Below, piece by piece: positions 46,193 to 55,524 of a stretch of 64,000 nt of DNA. The number at the start of each line of letters is the position of its first letter. Position 1 is the first letter of the stretch. Source of the stretch: Chloroflexota bacterium (lineage in GTDB: Bacteria; Chloroflexota; Limnocylindria; Limnocylindrales; CSP1-4); NCBI GenBank assembly GCA_034667005.1, contig JAXDKU010000077.1, forward strand, positions 12,784 through 76,783, in the 5' to 3' direction. The notes beneath the pieces are model-generated. The model had not been told where the DNA came from. It did not search any database and saw only the letters and a list, made by a program, of their open reading frames with translations. A program made the translations under genes and the position numbers.

Positions 46193-47617
46193 GTGTCCGA
46201 GAAGGTCGATCTGATCGTCAAGAACGGCACGGTGGTCACGAGCGACGCCACCATGCAGGCCGATCTGGCCATCGACGATGGCAAGTTCGTGGCCATCGCA
46301 GCGCCAGGCCAGCTGGGGCTCGAAGCCGACGAGGTCTACGACGCAGCGGGTCTGCACGTGCTGCCCGGCGTCATCGACGGCCACGTGCACTTCCGTGAGC
46401 CGGGCCTCGAGTACAAGGAAGACTGGAACACGGGCTCGACCGCCGCGGTCTTCGGCGGCGTGACGACCGTCATTGACATGCCCAACACGAACCCGAAGGT
46501 CGACACGGCGGAGAACGTCGACATCAAGCGCCGCCTTGCCGAGGAGAAGTCGTACGTCGACTTCGGGATCATCGGCCTGCTGGTGCAGGACAGCGTCCCC
46601 GCCATCAAGCCGATGGCCGAGGCCGGCGTGGTCGGCTACAAGTGCTTCCTCGGCGAGACGATCGGCAACATCCCGGCACCCGACGACGGCATGATGCTCG
46701 ACGGCCTGCGGGAGATCGCCGCCACCGGGCTGCGCATCGGCTTCCATGCCGAGAACAACCAGATCATGCAGCACCTCATCCGCCAGATGAAGGAGGCGGG
46801 CCGCACCGACCCGCTCGCGCCTGTGGACTCACGGCCGGCGCTCGCGGAGGTCGAGTCGATCCAGCGGATGGGCCTGTACGCGCGTCACACCGGGACACGC
46901 ATCCACATCTTCCATCTCTCGTCGCGCGACGGGCTCGACATGATCGACGAGTGGCGTGCCAAGGGCGTGGACGTGACCTGCGAGAGCGGCGGCCACTACG
47001 TTTTCCTCAAGGCCGAGGACATGGACAAGCTCGGACCCCGGCTGCGCATGAACCCGCCGGTCCGCTACGGCTCCGAGGGCCACGGCGACTATCTCCTCGA
47101 GGGCATCCGGGACGGCCGCGTGGACATGATCGCGACCGACCACTCGCCGCACACCAGGGAAGAGAAGCTCAACGACGACATCTGGAAGGCCATCTCGGGC
47201 TTCCCGGGCGTCGAGACGAGCGTCGCGTTCTTCCTGACGAACGGCGTCAACACGGGGCGGATGACGCTGCAGGAGCTGGTCCGCGCGACGTCGGAAGGCC
47301 CCGCCAAGACGTGGGACATCTACCCGCAGAAGGGGGCCATCCGGATCGGCTCGGACGGCGACCTGACGATCATCGACCTGAACAAGGAGGGCGTCATCCG
47401 CGACGACGAGCTCCACAGCAAGAACCACGTGACACCGTTCGACGGGACGAAGACCAAGGGCGCGCCGGTCGGCACGATCGTCCGCGGCCAGGTCCTGCTG
47501 CGCGACGGCCAGCTGGTCGGAACGCCCGCTGGCCGCATGGTCCGCCCGAAGCCTGCCGCGTCCACCGCGCCCGGCGCGGGCGTGCGCGAGCTGGTGGGGT
47601 CAGGCTCCGCCGGCTAG
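46193..47617 (+). CDS. cyclic amidohydrolase (dihydroorotase / allantoinase / hydantoinase group)
   Basis: GTG at 46193 follows AAGGAGGAA. Metal-centre motifs DGHVHFREPG, GYKCF (carbamylated Lys), FHAEN, HIFHLSS and ATDHSPH. Confidence 0.85.
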   Translation: MSEKVDLIVKNGTVVTSDATMQADLAIDDGKFVAIAAPGQLGLEADEVYDAAGLHVLPGVIDGHVHFREPGLEYKEDWNTGSTAAVFGGVTTVIDMPNTNPKVDTAENVDIKRRLAEEKSYVDFGIIGLLVQDSVPAIKPMAEAGVVGYKCFLGETIGNIPAPDDGMMLDGLREIAATGLRIGFHAENNQIMQHLIRQMKEAGRTDPLAPVDSRPALAEVESIQRMGLYARHTGTRIHIFHLSSRDGLDMIDEWRAKGVDVTCESGGHYVFLKAEDMDKLGPRLRMNPPVRYGSEGHGDYLLEGIRDGRVDMIATDHSPHTREEKLNDDIWKAISGFPGVETSVAFFLTNGVNTGRMTLQELVRATSEGPAKTWDIYPQKGAIRIGSDGDLTIIDLNKEGVIRDDELHSKNHVTPFDGTKTKGAPVGTIVRGQVLLRDGQLVGTPAGRMVRPKPAASTAPGAGVRELVGSGSAG

Positions 47618-47649
47618 CTCGGCTCCTTTCTGCCGCGACTCCCCCTCGC

Positions 47650-47669
47650 CCGCCGGCCCCAGCCGGCGG
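47650..47669 (+). terminator. GC-rich hairpin after the amidohydrolase gene
   Basis: CCGCCGGC-ccca-GCCGGCGG forms an 8-bp stem, 33 nt after the stop at 47617. There is no U-tract. Confidence 0.4.
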
Positions 47670-48057
47670 CCGTTCCATGTGGGGAGCAGGTTCCGGCTCG
47701 GACGGTTCGGGTGTGACGTCCGCCGGTCAAACACGAATGCCGGTGGCGTTCGCCGCTGGCAAACCCCCGCTGGGTGGCCAGATGGCAACCGGAATGCTGT
47801 TGTGCGCCGAATCACCCGGAAACGAGCCGGATTGGGGCTCGCGCTGAGGCTTACGCCACGGGGGTTGGAATTCGGCCACGTGCCGCACAGCGGCCGCGCC
47901 GCTGATGGCGCCATGGAGCCGCAGTCGCCTCGCGGTGCTCGGCGCCGTTGAACGGCCGCGGCAACGAGGCGGTCACGGCGTCAGAGGTCGGGCAGGGCCA
48001 CCGGGTGAGGAGGTTCCCCCAGTGGCCCTGGCCCGTCCGAGATCCGTGACCCGTCGG

Positions 48058-49491
48058 TCAGGCTCGAGAGAAAGTCGTGCCTGGCTCGAGATCCTTCAGG
48101 ACCTTGTCGGGCTCCACGCGAGCGACGACGTCCTTGGGCACCTCGCACTTGGGCGGGAACGTGGCCGGCGGTGCCGGCTTGGTGCAGTCCAGGATCATCT
48201 TCGTCTCCATGGGCCCCTTCTCTTCCCGGTGGTACCCGTAGGTCACCGGGTTGAGGTGGCCGCCCAGGAAGTTGGGCATGACGATGAGGTCCCGGTCCGC
48301 CTGGAAGCGGGTGGTCATCGCCCAGAGGACCTGGTCGTTGTCGAAGACGTCGATGTCGTCGTCCACGATCCAGATGTGCTTGAGGATGGGGTCGACCGCG
48401 AACGCCGCCGAGGCGGCGATCTTGGGCTCACCGTCGACGCGCTTCTTCATGGCCATGAAGAGTGCGCTGCGGATGCCCATGAGCGGCAGGTTGACGGCCG
48501 TCACGGTCGGCATCGATTCGCGCACGCGCCGGAAGATGGAGCCCATGCGGGGAAGCGCCCCGAGGACGAGGTGCTCGTCGTGGGCGTTGAAGACGTCCAC
48601 GTAGATGGGGTTCGTGCGCATGGTCACGGCCGTGATCTTCAGCCACGGCATTGGGCCGATCCGCGTGTAGTACAGCGGGTACTCGCCGAAGGGGCCCTCG
48701 TTCTGGACCTTCTCCGGGTCGGTGTCGACGATGCCCTCGATGATGATCTCGGCACGCGCCGGGACCTGGAGGTCGACCGTCTTGGCCTGCACGACCTCGA
48801 GGGGCTCGCCGAGGAGGCCGCCCATGACCTCCAGCTCACCGCCGATGCCGGCCAGCTTGGACACCGAGCCCATCAGCATCGCCGGGTGGTGGCCGATCAC
48901 GAGGGCCACCTGGAGCGGCTGCTTCAGGTCGCGCATCGCCCGCATGATGTAGGACGTGTGATGGGCGGGGTTGGACATGAAGCCAACCTGCTTCGGGCCC
49001 TGGAGCTGGTGCCGGAAGATGCCGGCGTTCTCGCGGCCGGACTCGGGATCCCGCGTGATCGCCGACGCCGAGGTGATGTACTTGCCGGCGTCGAACTCGT
49101 TGTGGATGAGCAGAGGCAGCTTGGTGACGTCGATGTCGTCACCGGTCATGACGATCTCGTGGACCGGAGCGTCCGCCGAGTCGACGACCTTCACCGGGAT
49201 CGGAGAGCCCTCGCGCTTGGCGTACTCGGGCACCATGCCCTTCACGTCCGAGTCGATCGAGAGCGCCATCCGCCCGTATGAGCCGTGCAGGTTCAGCAGG
49301 AGCGGGATGTCCGAGCCCTTGATGTTGCGGAACAGGACCGCCGGGTAGCCCGGGTAGTTCACGTCGTTCTTCATCTTGTGGACGATGGCCGCGGCCTCGA
49401 AGACCGGGTCGACCTCCTCGTCCACGACTTTCAGCTGGTCGGGGAATGTCGACGTCAGCTGGTCCAGATACGTGCGCAGATCCTTCGCCAT
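48058..49491 (-). CDS. UbiD family (prFMN-dependent) decarboxylase, copy 2
   Basis: In ORF 48058..49572. ATG at 49491 follows GGAAGGAGAG. Motifs AGIFRHQ, NEGPFGEYPLYY and DDDIDVFDNDQVLWAMTTRFQADRD. It is a close paralogue of copy 3. Confidence 0.9.
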   Translation of the reverse strand: MAKDLRTYLDQLTSTFPDQLKVVDEEVDPVFEAAAIVHKMKNDVNYPGYPAVLFRNIKGSDIPLLLNLHGSYGRMALSIDSDVKGMVPEYAKREGSPIPVKVVDSADAPVHEIVMTGDDIDVTKLPLLIHNEFDAGKYITSASAITRDPESGRENAGIFRHQLQGPKQVGFMSNPAHHTSYIMRAMRDLKQPLQVALVIGHHPAMLMGSVSKLAGIGGELEVMGGLLGEPLEVVQAKTVDLQVPARAEIIIEGIVDTDPEKVQNEGPFGEYPLYYTRIGPMPWLKITAVTMRTNPIYVDVFNAHDEHLVLGALPRMGSIFRRVRESMPTVTAVNLPLMGIRSALFMAMKKRVDGEPKIAASAAFAVDPILKHIWIVDDDIDVFDNDQVLWAMTTRFQADRDLIVMPNFLGGHLNPVTYGYHREEKGPMETKMILDCTKPAPPATFPPKCEVPKDVVARVEPDKVLKDLEPGTTFSRA

Positions 49492-49531
49492 TCGGTGCGT
49501 CTCTCCTTCCGGGTGCGTGATGGTTGACGGG

Positions 49532-50386
49532 TCAGAGGGCGATGACACCTCCGACGACGAGCAGAACTCCAACCACGATCCGCCACGTGATGACCTCGAG
49601 GCCGCGCAGCATCAACGCGGTGAACGCGACGGTGAAGAGGGGAGCGCTGGACGTCACCGGGTAGACCACGCTGACGTCATTGGAGGCCAGCCCAACGGTC
49701 AGCGCCAGGAAGCCGATGGCCTGGAGCACGCCGGACACGACGAAGAGCAGCGTGGCGCGCTCCGTGAGGCCGGCCCGGATGTCGCTCATCTTGGTCAGTG
49801 CGAGGGTGTAGCCGAGGGCTGCCAGCGCTCCGATGAGCGTGCCCGTCAGCGGAAGATCGGCCGAATCGAGCCCGAACTTGAGGAACAGTGGCCGGATGCC
49901 GTACGACAACGCGGAGCCCACGGCGGCGAGCACGCCGATCCCGGCGAGCTGCTTGATCCCGCCGCCCTTCTTCCACGTCACCAGCGTGATCCCGGCGACG
50001 ATCCCGATGATCGCGAGCCAGTGGAAGAGGTCCACCTGCTCGCCGAAGAACAGGACGGCCAGGATGGTCGTGATGACCGGTGCCGCATTCTTGATGGCGG
50101 TCGCAGGCGACGCCCCGAGCTTGTCGATGGCGATGTACATCCAGCGCCGGCCGATCCCACCGCCGAAGAGGCCCCCCGCGATGAACCCCAGCAGGGCCGG
50201 CACGGTGAGCAGCTCCAGGTGCAGCCCGCCCCAGAAGGGAAGGAGCACCAGGTACATCGGCACCGCCACGGCCAGCCCGATGGCCACGGCGACGTCCGTC
50301 CGTCCGTTTCGCGCGAAGCCCATCTTGAGCGTCACGGGGTTCAGCCCGAAGCAGATCGCCGTGAGGAGCGCGAGTTCCTTGCCCAT
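49532..50386 (-). CDS. DMT superfamily transporter (EamA-like)
   Basis: In ORF 49532..50551. The start is ATG at 50386 (50440 is possible). Ten hydrophobic spans arranged as two EamA-like halves. Confidence 0.75.
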   Translation of the reverse strand: MGKELALLTAICFGLNPVTLKMGFARNGRTDVAVAIGLAVAVPMYLVLLPFWGGLHLELLTVPALLGFIAGGLFGGGIGRRWMYIAIDKLGASPATAIKNAAPVITTILAVLFFGEQVDLFHWLAIIGIVAGITLVTWKKGGGIKQLAGIGVLAAVGSALSYGIRPLFLKFGLDSADLPLTGTLIGALAALGYTLALTKMSDIRAGLTERATLLFVVSGVLQAIGFLALTVGLASNDVSVVYPVTSSAPLFTVAFTALMLRGLEVITWRIVVGVLLVVGGVIAL

Positions 50387-50553
50387 GGTCGAGCCGCTCC
50401 AACTCCAGCGCTGCTCCTCTCGGTGGCCGATGCGAGCCATCACCGTAGGCCTTCGTATGCACTGGTATCCTAACCATAGAGCGGGGCGCCTGCAACGTCC
50501 GTGGGATCGCCTGACGATGAGGGCTTGGGACGTGTCACACAGGAGGTCCAACC

Positions 50554-50796
50554 ATGACCGAGCCGGCCATTGATCCGTGCGCGGCCTTGAAGAGCGAGAT
50601 CGACAGTCTCCAGAAGGAGTTCGAGCAGGTCTGGATGGCGATCTCCGCCGGCGGCGGCGACCCGGCCCGCTACCGGGTGCTCCGCGAGCAGCTGGGCGAG
50701 AAGCGCATCAAGTACAACCGCGAGTGCGGGCACCTGACGGAGGCCGAGACCTCGACGCTGCCGAAGAGCGTGACGGCCGACTGGCGAGCCGGCTGA
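50554..50796 (+). CDS. hypothetical small protein (80 aa)
   Basis: ATG at 50554 has AGGAGG 7 nt upstream. High GC3. The N-terminal half looks predicted-helical (KSEIDSLQKEFEQVW). I recognise no family. Confidence 0.5.
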   Translation: MTEPAIDPCAALKSEIDSLQKEFEQVWMAISAGGGDPARYRVLREQLGEKRIKYNRECGHLTEAETSTLPKSVTADWRAG

Positions 50797-50819
50797 CCGT
50801 CCCGGGCCGGCACAGTCGC

Positions 50820-50849
50820 TTGACTCCGGCCTCGGGCAAACTCTAGAAT
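50820..50849 (+). promoter_or_regulatory. near-consensus sigma-70 promoter upstream of the second Mo-hydroxylase operon
   Basis: TTGACT (50820-50825), an 18-nt spacer, then TAGAAT (50844-50849). The palindrome TCCGGT-C-ACCGGA (50850-50862) follows immediately. The first start codon lies about 155 nt downstream. Confidence 0.55.
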
Positions 50850-51004
50850 TCCGGTCACCGGATGCAACTGTATACGCCGGTGGGCCGCTCCGACATCCCA
50901 GCCCGAGCGAGGTTCTGTATGCCTGGAGCCCGAATGACCGCCGACGCGTGGAGCGGCCGACGCCGGTTGCCGTCGCCCGCGTGGCGCACGCAGGATTCCG
51001 GCGG

Positions 51005-51544
51005 ATGATGCCCCGCGAGACGGCGGGTGCTGCCGCGGGCGAGCTCTCCATCACGTTCGAGCTCAATGGCGCGACGCGGAGCGCGCGGGCGCGCACCGAG
51101 CACACGATCCTGGACGTCCTGCGCTGGCAGATGAACCTCACCGGTCCGCGCGAGGGCTGCGGGGTCGGCATGTGCGGCGCCTGCACGATCCTGCTCGACG
51201 GGCGGCCGGTCTCGGGCTGCCTGCTGCTTGCCGTCATGGCGGACGGCCGGAAGATCGCCACGGTCGAGGGCCTGGAGGGGCCCGCGGGCCTGCACCCGAT
51301 CCAGCAGGCCTTCATCGACCACAGCGGCTTCCAGTGCGCCTATTGCACGCCCGGCTTCGTGATGGCGACCAAGGCGCTGCTCGACGAGAACCCGTCGCCA
51401 ACGGTCGCGGACGTCAAGACGTTCCTTGCCGGAAACCTGTGCCGCTGCGGCAGCTACGTGAAGATCGTTGACGCGGTCATGGACGCTGCCACCCGGCTCG
51501 CGAGCCCGGCCACGACGAGCCTGGTGGGCGCCGATGCACGCTGA
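51005..51544 (+). CDS. [2Fe-2S]-binding small subunit of a xanthine dehydrogenase-family hydroxylase
   Basis: In ORF 50948..51544; ATG at 51005. Motifs GCGVGMCGACT and CAYCTPG...C...CRCGSY. Confidence 0.9.
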   Translation: MMPRETAGAAAGELSITFELNGATRSARARTEHTILDVLRWQMNLTGPREGCGVGMCGACTILLDGRPVSGCLLLAVMADGRKIATVEGLEGPAGLHPIQQAFIDHSGFQCAYCTPGFVMATKALLDENPSPTVADVKTFLAGNLCRCGSYVKIVDAVMDAATRLASPATTSLVGADAR

Positions 51545-53858
51545 CGTGCCGGCAACCGCGCTGGGGAGCGACGCGCGCGACCGGGTCTCGGGCCGAACGG
51601 AGTACCCGAGCACGGTCGACCGCCCCGGCATGCTCCACGCGCGGCTTCTCCGGTCGGCCGTGCCTCACGGCCGGATCCGGCGCCTGGACGCCAGCCGCGC
51701 GGCCGCCCTGCCCGGGGTGCATGCCGTGCTCACGGGGGAGACGCTTCGCGCGATCGCGGGCATCGAGACCCACTACGGACCCGTGCTCCGCGACCAGCCC
51801 ATCGTGGCCATGGACGTCGTCCGGTTCGTCGGCGAGCCGGTCGCCGCGGTCGCGGCCGAGGACCTCGACACGCTCGATCGCGCGCTCGCCCTGATCGACG
51901 TGGAGTACGACGAGCTGCCCTCCGTGTTCGACGGCCCCGGCGCGTTTGCCGACGGGGCGCCGCTGGTCCACGAGACCCTCGCCAGCACTTCCATGGCGTT
52001 CGCGGAGATCCCCATCGACCAGGTCGCGTCCAGCAACATCTGCCACCACTACCGGCTCAGGACGGGCGATGCCGACCGCGGCCTGGCGGGCGCCGACTTC
52101 GTCTTCGACGACACCTTCACCAGCCCCGTGGTCCAGCACGTCCCCCTGGAGACGCACGCCTGCGTCGCCGAGGCGCGTCCCGGCCACGTGACGGTCTGGA
52201 CCGGCACGCAGATCCCGCACGGCCTGCGCCGCACGATCGCCGAGATCTTCCATCTGCCGGTGACGGGCGTCCGGATCATCGTGCCGACGCTCGGCGGCGG
52301 CTACGGCGGCAAGGGCCATCCGACGATCGAGCCGGTGGCCGCCGTGCTCTCGCTGCTCACGCGTCGGCCGGTCCGCATCCAACTGAGCCGGGAAGAGGAG
52401 TTCGTGACGATCACCAAGCACGCGGCCTCGGTGCGAATCGTCACGGGCGTGTCCCGCGACGGCATGCTGCTGGCGCGCCGCGCCGAGTGCATCTTCAACA
52501 CCGGGGCCTACGCGGACGTCGGGCCGCGCGTCGCCAAGAACGGCGGGTACGGGATGGCCGGGCCGTACCGGATCCCCGACATCTCGGTCGACTCGTACGC
52601 GGTCTACACGAACCTGCCGCCGGCCGGGGCGTTCCGCGCCTTCGGCGTGCCCCAGGGCGCGTGGGCCTACGAGAGCCAGATGGACATCATCGCGGACCGC
52701 CTGGGCATCGACCCAGTGGCGATCCGGCGCAAGAACCTGCTCCGCGACGGCGAGGAGCTCTCCACCGGCCAGCTGATGGAGGACAGCCACTTCGAGGAGC
52801 TGCTGGACCTGGTGGCGCCGGCCGTCCGCGAGGACGGCGTTCGTGCCGCAGAGCAGCGCGGCCGCCGCACCTGCCGGGGGACCGGCTTCGCGACGATCGT
52901 CAAGGGCACGGTCACGCCGTCGACCTCGACCGCGATCGTGAAGCTCAACCAGGACGGCAGCGCGGACGTGCTGACGAGCGCCGTGGAGATGGGCCAGGGC
53001 TTCAAGAAGACGATGGCGCTCATCGTCGGGCGCGAGCTGGGCATCTCTGCCGGCCGCGTCAGCGTCTCGGATCCCGACACGGACGTCACGCCGTACGACC
53101 AGCAGACGAGCTCCAGCCGCTCGACGTACGCCACCGGCTCGGCGGTCCGCCAGGCGGCCGTCAAGATCCGGTCGCAGCTGCTGGCCGACGCCAGCGAGCA
53201 GCTGGAGGTGGCCGAGGCCGACCTGGAGCTGTCCGACGGCCGCGTCGCGGTGGTCGGGACACCGTCCTCGGGCGCCACGATCGCCGAGGTCATGGCACGC
53301 TCGCGTCGCGGCAACCTGATCGGCGACGGGATGTACCGCTCGGAGGGCGGCCTCGACCCCTCCACGGGTCGCGGCATTGCGTCGGTCCACTGGCACCAGG
53401 CCGCCGGCGCCGCGGACGTGGAGGTGGACCTCGACACAGGGAAGATCTCGCTGCTCGGCTTCCGCACGAGCGTGTTCGCCGGGCAGGTGATCAACCAGGT
53501 CGGTGCTGAGCTCCAGACGGAGGGCAACCTCGCCTTCGGCCTTGGGCAGGCGCTGTTCGAGGAGCTGCTCTTCGACGGCGGCCAGGTCCAGAACGGGAAC
53601 CTCGGCGACTACATGGTGGCCAGCATCCTCGACATGCCGCCCAGCATGGACGTGACGTTCCTCGAGGACCCGAGCGGAAACGTCATCCACGGCCTGGGCG
53701 AGACGTCGCTGCCGACGATCATGCCCGCCATCGCGAACGCGGTCTTCGCCGCCACCGGCGCGCGCGTCCGCGAGCTGCCGATCACGCCGGAGCGCCTGCT
53801 CCGGGCCCTCGCCGCACAGCCGGAGCGCGGCTCCGCGGCAGTCGGGACGAGCGCATGA
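51534..53858 (+). CDS. molybdopterin-binding large subunit of a xanthine dehydrogenase / aldehyde oxidase-family hydroxylase
   Basis: ATG at 51534 overlaps the small-subunit stop by 11 nt. Motifs GGGYGGK and AGAFRAFGVPQ (XDH-type active-site loop), plus C-terminal HGLGETSL (catalytic Glu). No FAD subunit gene is adjacent. Confidence 0.9.
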   Translation: MHADVPATALGSDARDRVSGRTEYPSTVDRPGMLHARLLRSAVPHGRIRRLDASRAAALPGVHAVLTGETLRAIAGIETHYGPVLRDQPIVAMDVVRFVGEPVAAVAAEDLDTLDRALALIDVEYDELPSVFDGPGAFADGAPLVHETLASTSMAFAEIPIDQVASSNICHHYRLRTGDADRGLAGADFVFDDTFTSPVVQHVPLETHACVAEARPGHVTVWTGTQIPHGLRRTIAEIFHLPVTGVRIIVPTLGGGYGGKGHPTIEPVAAVLSLLTRRPVRIQLSREEEFVTITKHAASVRIVTGVSRDGMLLARRAECIFNTGAYADVGPRVAKNGGYGMAGPYRIPDISVDSYAVYTNLPPAGAFRAFGVPQGAWAYESQMDIIADRLGIDPVAIRRKNLLRDGEELSTGQLMEDSHFEELLDLVAPAVREDGVRAAEQRGRRTCRGTGFATIVKGTVTPSTSTAIVKLNQDGSADVLTSAVEMGQGFKKTMALIVGRELGISAGRVSVSDPDTDVTPYDQQTSSSRSTYATGSAVRQAAVKIRSQLLADASEQLEVAEADLELSDGRVAVVGTPSSGATIAEVMARSRRGNLIGDGMYRSEGGLDPSTGRGIASVHWHQAAGAADVEVDLDTGKISLLGFRTSVFAGQVINQVGAELQTEGNLAFGLGQALFEELLFDGGQVQNGNLGDYMVASILDMPPSMDVTFLEDPSGNVIHGLGETSLPTIMPAIANAVFAATGARVRELPITPERLLRALAAQPERGSAAVGTSA

Positions 53859-54703
53859 CCGTGCAACCCGCGACCGCGCCGACCGCGCCCGCCTCACCCA
53901 CGGCGCCCGCGTCGCGCGGCTCCCTGCGCTCCGTCCTGCGGTTCCTCACGCGCTCGGGCTCGGTCCAGGTGCTGTCGGTCGTCGTGCTCCTGCTCATCTG
54001 GACCGCCGTCTCCAGCGTCACGCACAAGCTCGTCCTGCCGTCGCCGCTGGAGGTGTTCCAGGCGTGGCTCAGGATCATGGCGTCGGGCGAGCTCCCGACG
54101 GCCCTCGCCCTGAGCATCGAGGCGCTGGCGATCGGGCTTGCCGCCGCGCTCGTCGTCGGCATCACGATCGGCGTCACGATGGGCTGGTTCCGCCGGGTCG
54201 GCCGGGTCGCGGATACCGTGCTCTCGCTGGCTCTCGTCATCCCGATGGTCGGTCTCATCCCGACGCTCGTGGTGGTCTTCGGCCTCGGCGTCCAGGTCCG
54301 CATCGCGGCCGTCTTCCTGTTCGCCGTGCCGACCGTGGTCATCAACAGCTTCGCCGGCACGCGATCCGTGGACCGGAAGCTGATCGAGATGGCCCAGTCG
54401 TTCGGGACGCCGGACCGCCACATGCTCCTCGAGATCTTCCTCCCCGCGGCCATGCCCGGGATCGCCGCCGGTGTCCGGCTCGGCATCGGGCGAGCGGTCG
54501 TCGGCATGGTGACCGCGGAGCTACTGATCGTGTCGGCTGGGATCGGGCTGCTGATCCAGCGCTACACGGGCTACTTCCTGACCGCCGAGCTCTACGCGAC
54601 GATCCTGTCGATCCTCGTCCTCGGCATCGTCCTGGCCTCCATCGGCCGCCGCATCGAGCGGCGCGTCATGCGACGCCACGGCCGCGTCTCGGCGTTCGGG
54701 TGA
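53855..54703 (+). CDS. ABC transporter permease (NitT/TauT family)
   Basis: ATGA overlap with the Mo large-subunit gene. EAA-like loop LIEMAQSFGTPDRHMLLEI. Confidence 0.85.
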   Translation: MTVQPATAPTAPASPTAPASRGSLRSVLRFLTRSGSVQVLSVVVLLLIWTAVSSVTHKLVLPSPLEVFQAWLRIMASGELPTALALSIEALAIGLAAALVVGITIGVTMGWFRRVGRVADTVLSLALVIPMVGLIPTLVVVFGLGVQVRIAAVFLFAVPTVVINSFAGTRSVDRKLIEMAQSFGTPDRHMLLEIFLPAAMPGIAAGVRLGIGRAVVGMVTAELLIVSAGIGLLIQRYTGYFLTAELYATILSILVLGIVLASIGRRIERRVMRRHGRVSAFG

Positions 54704-54708
54704 CCGCG

Positions 54709-55524
54709 ATGAAATCCGGGCTCACGCGGTCGGCCAGGCCGAAGACAGATCCCATCCGAGCGGCGCTCTCGTGGATCGGCTCGAGCCGCACCGCGACCCA
54801 GGTGGCCGTGCTCGTCGGGCTCGCCGTGGCCTGGGAGATCGGCGGACGTCTGCTGGACTTCCGTCTGATCCCGCCATTCAGCGAGGTCGCGAGGGCGTTC
54901 TTCAACCTGATCGGGACCGCGCGGTTCCAGACCGACGCGGTCCTGACCACGCTGACCTTCATGCTGGGCTTCATCCCGGCGCTGCTGATCGGCATCCCGG
55001 CGGGCGTTCTGATGGGCCGGTTCTCCAAGCTCGAGACCATCCTCGACCCGTACGTCAACGCGGCGGTCTCGATGCCCATGGCGGCCCTCGTGCCGCTGCT
55101 CCTCCTGGTCCTGGGCACGAGCATCGTCACCCGGGCGGTCATCGTCTTCCTCTTCTCGGTCTTCATGATCCTGATCGGAACGCTGAACGGCATCAAGAAC
55201 ACGGACCGCTCGCTGATCGAGATGGCTCGCTCGTTCGGTGCCCGCGAGTCGACGATCCTGTCGGCGATCGCGATCCCGTCCGCGCTGCCGCTGATCCTCG
55301 GCGGCGTGCGGGTCGGCATCGGCCGCGCGGTGGCCGGCGCGATCATCGCCGAGCTGCTCACCGGCGCGCTGTCCGGCCTCGGCGGCCGGATCCAGTCGTT
55401 TGGAAGCACGCTCCAGATGCCCCAGGTCTACGCGATCGTCCTCGGGGTCACGCTCGTGGCGTGGATCGCGACGGAGGTCATCTTCCGCGCCGAGGCCCGC
55501 CTCGGCCATTGGCGCCACGCATGA
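54709..55524 (+). CDS. ABC transporter permease (NitT/TauT family), second subunit
   Basis: In ORF 54064..55524; ATG at 54709. Loop LIEMARSFGARESTILSAI. Confidence 0.85.
   Translation: MKSGLTRSARPKTDPIRAALSWIGSSRTATQVAVLVGLAVAWEIGGRLLDFRLIPPFSEVARAFFNLIGTARFQTDAVLTTLTFMLGFIPALLIGIPAGVLMGRFSKLETILDPYVNAAVSMPMAALVPLLLLVLGTSIVTRAVIVFLFSVFMILIGTLNGIKNTDRSLIEMARSFGARESTILSAIAIPSALPLILGGVRVGIGRAVAGAIIAELLTGALSGLGGRIQSFGSTLQMPQVYAIVLGVTLVAWIATEVIFRAEARLGHWRHA

Noticed and set aside
47670-48057. tRNA, tmRNA, RNase P or SRP RNA in the long intergenic gap
   Set aside because: No T-loop GGTTCGAATCC-type sequence, no RNase P GAGGAAAGTCC core and no SRP domain-IV-like motif is recognisable. Only generic GC-rich stems are present.
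50863-51004. Molybdenum-cofactor (Moco) riboswitch in the leader of the Mo-hydroxylase operon
   Set aside because: The position is attractive and the leader contains a CCGAGCG-like string. However, I cannot reconstruct the conserved multi-stem Moco motif or its conserved 3' segment by eye. I report it only as an unexplained long leader, and an Infernal scan is needed.
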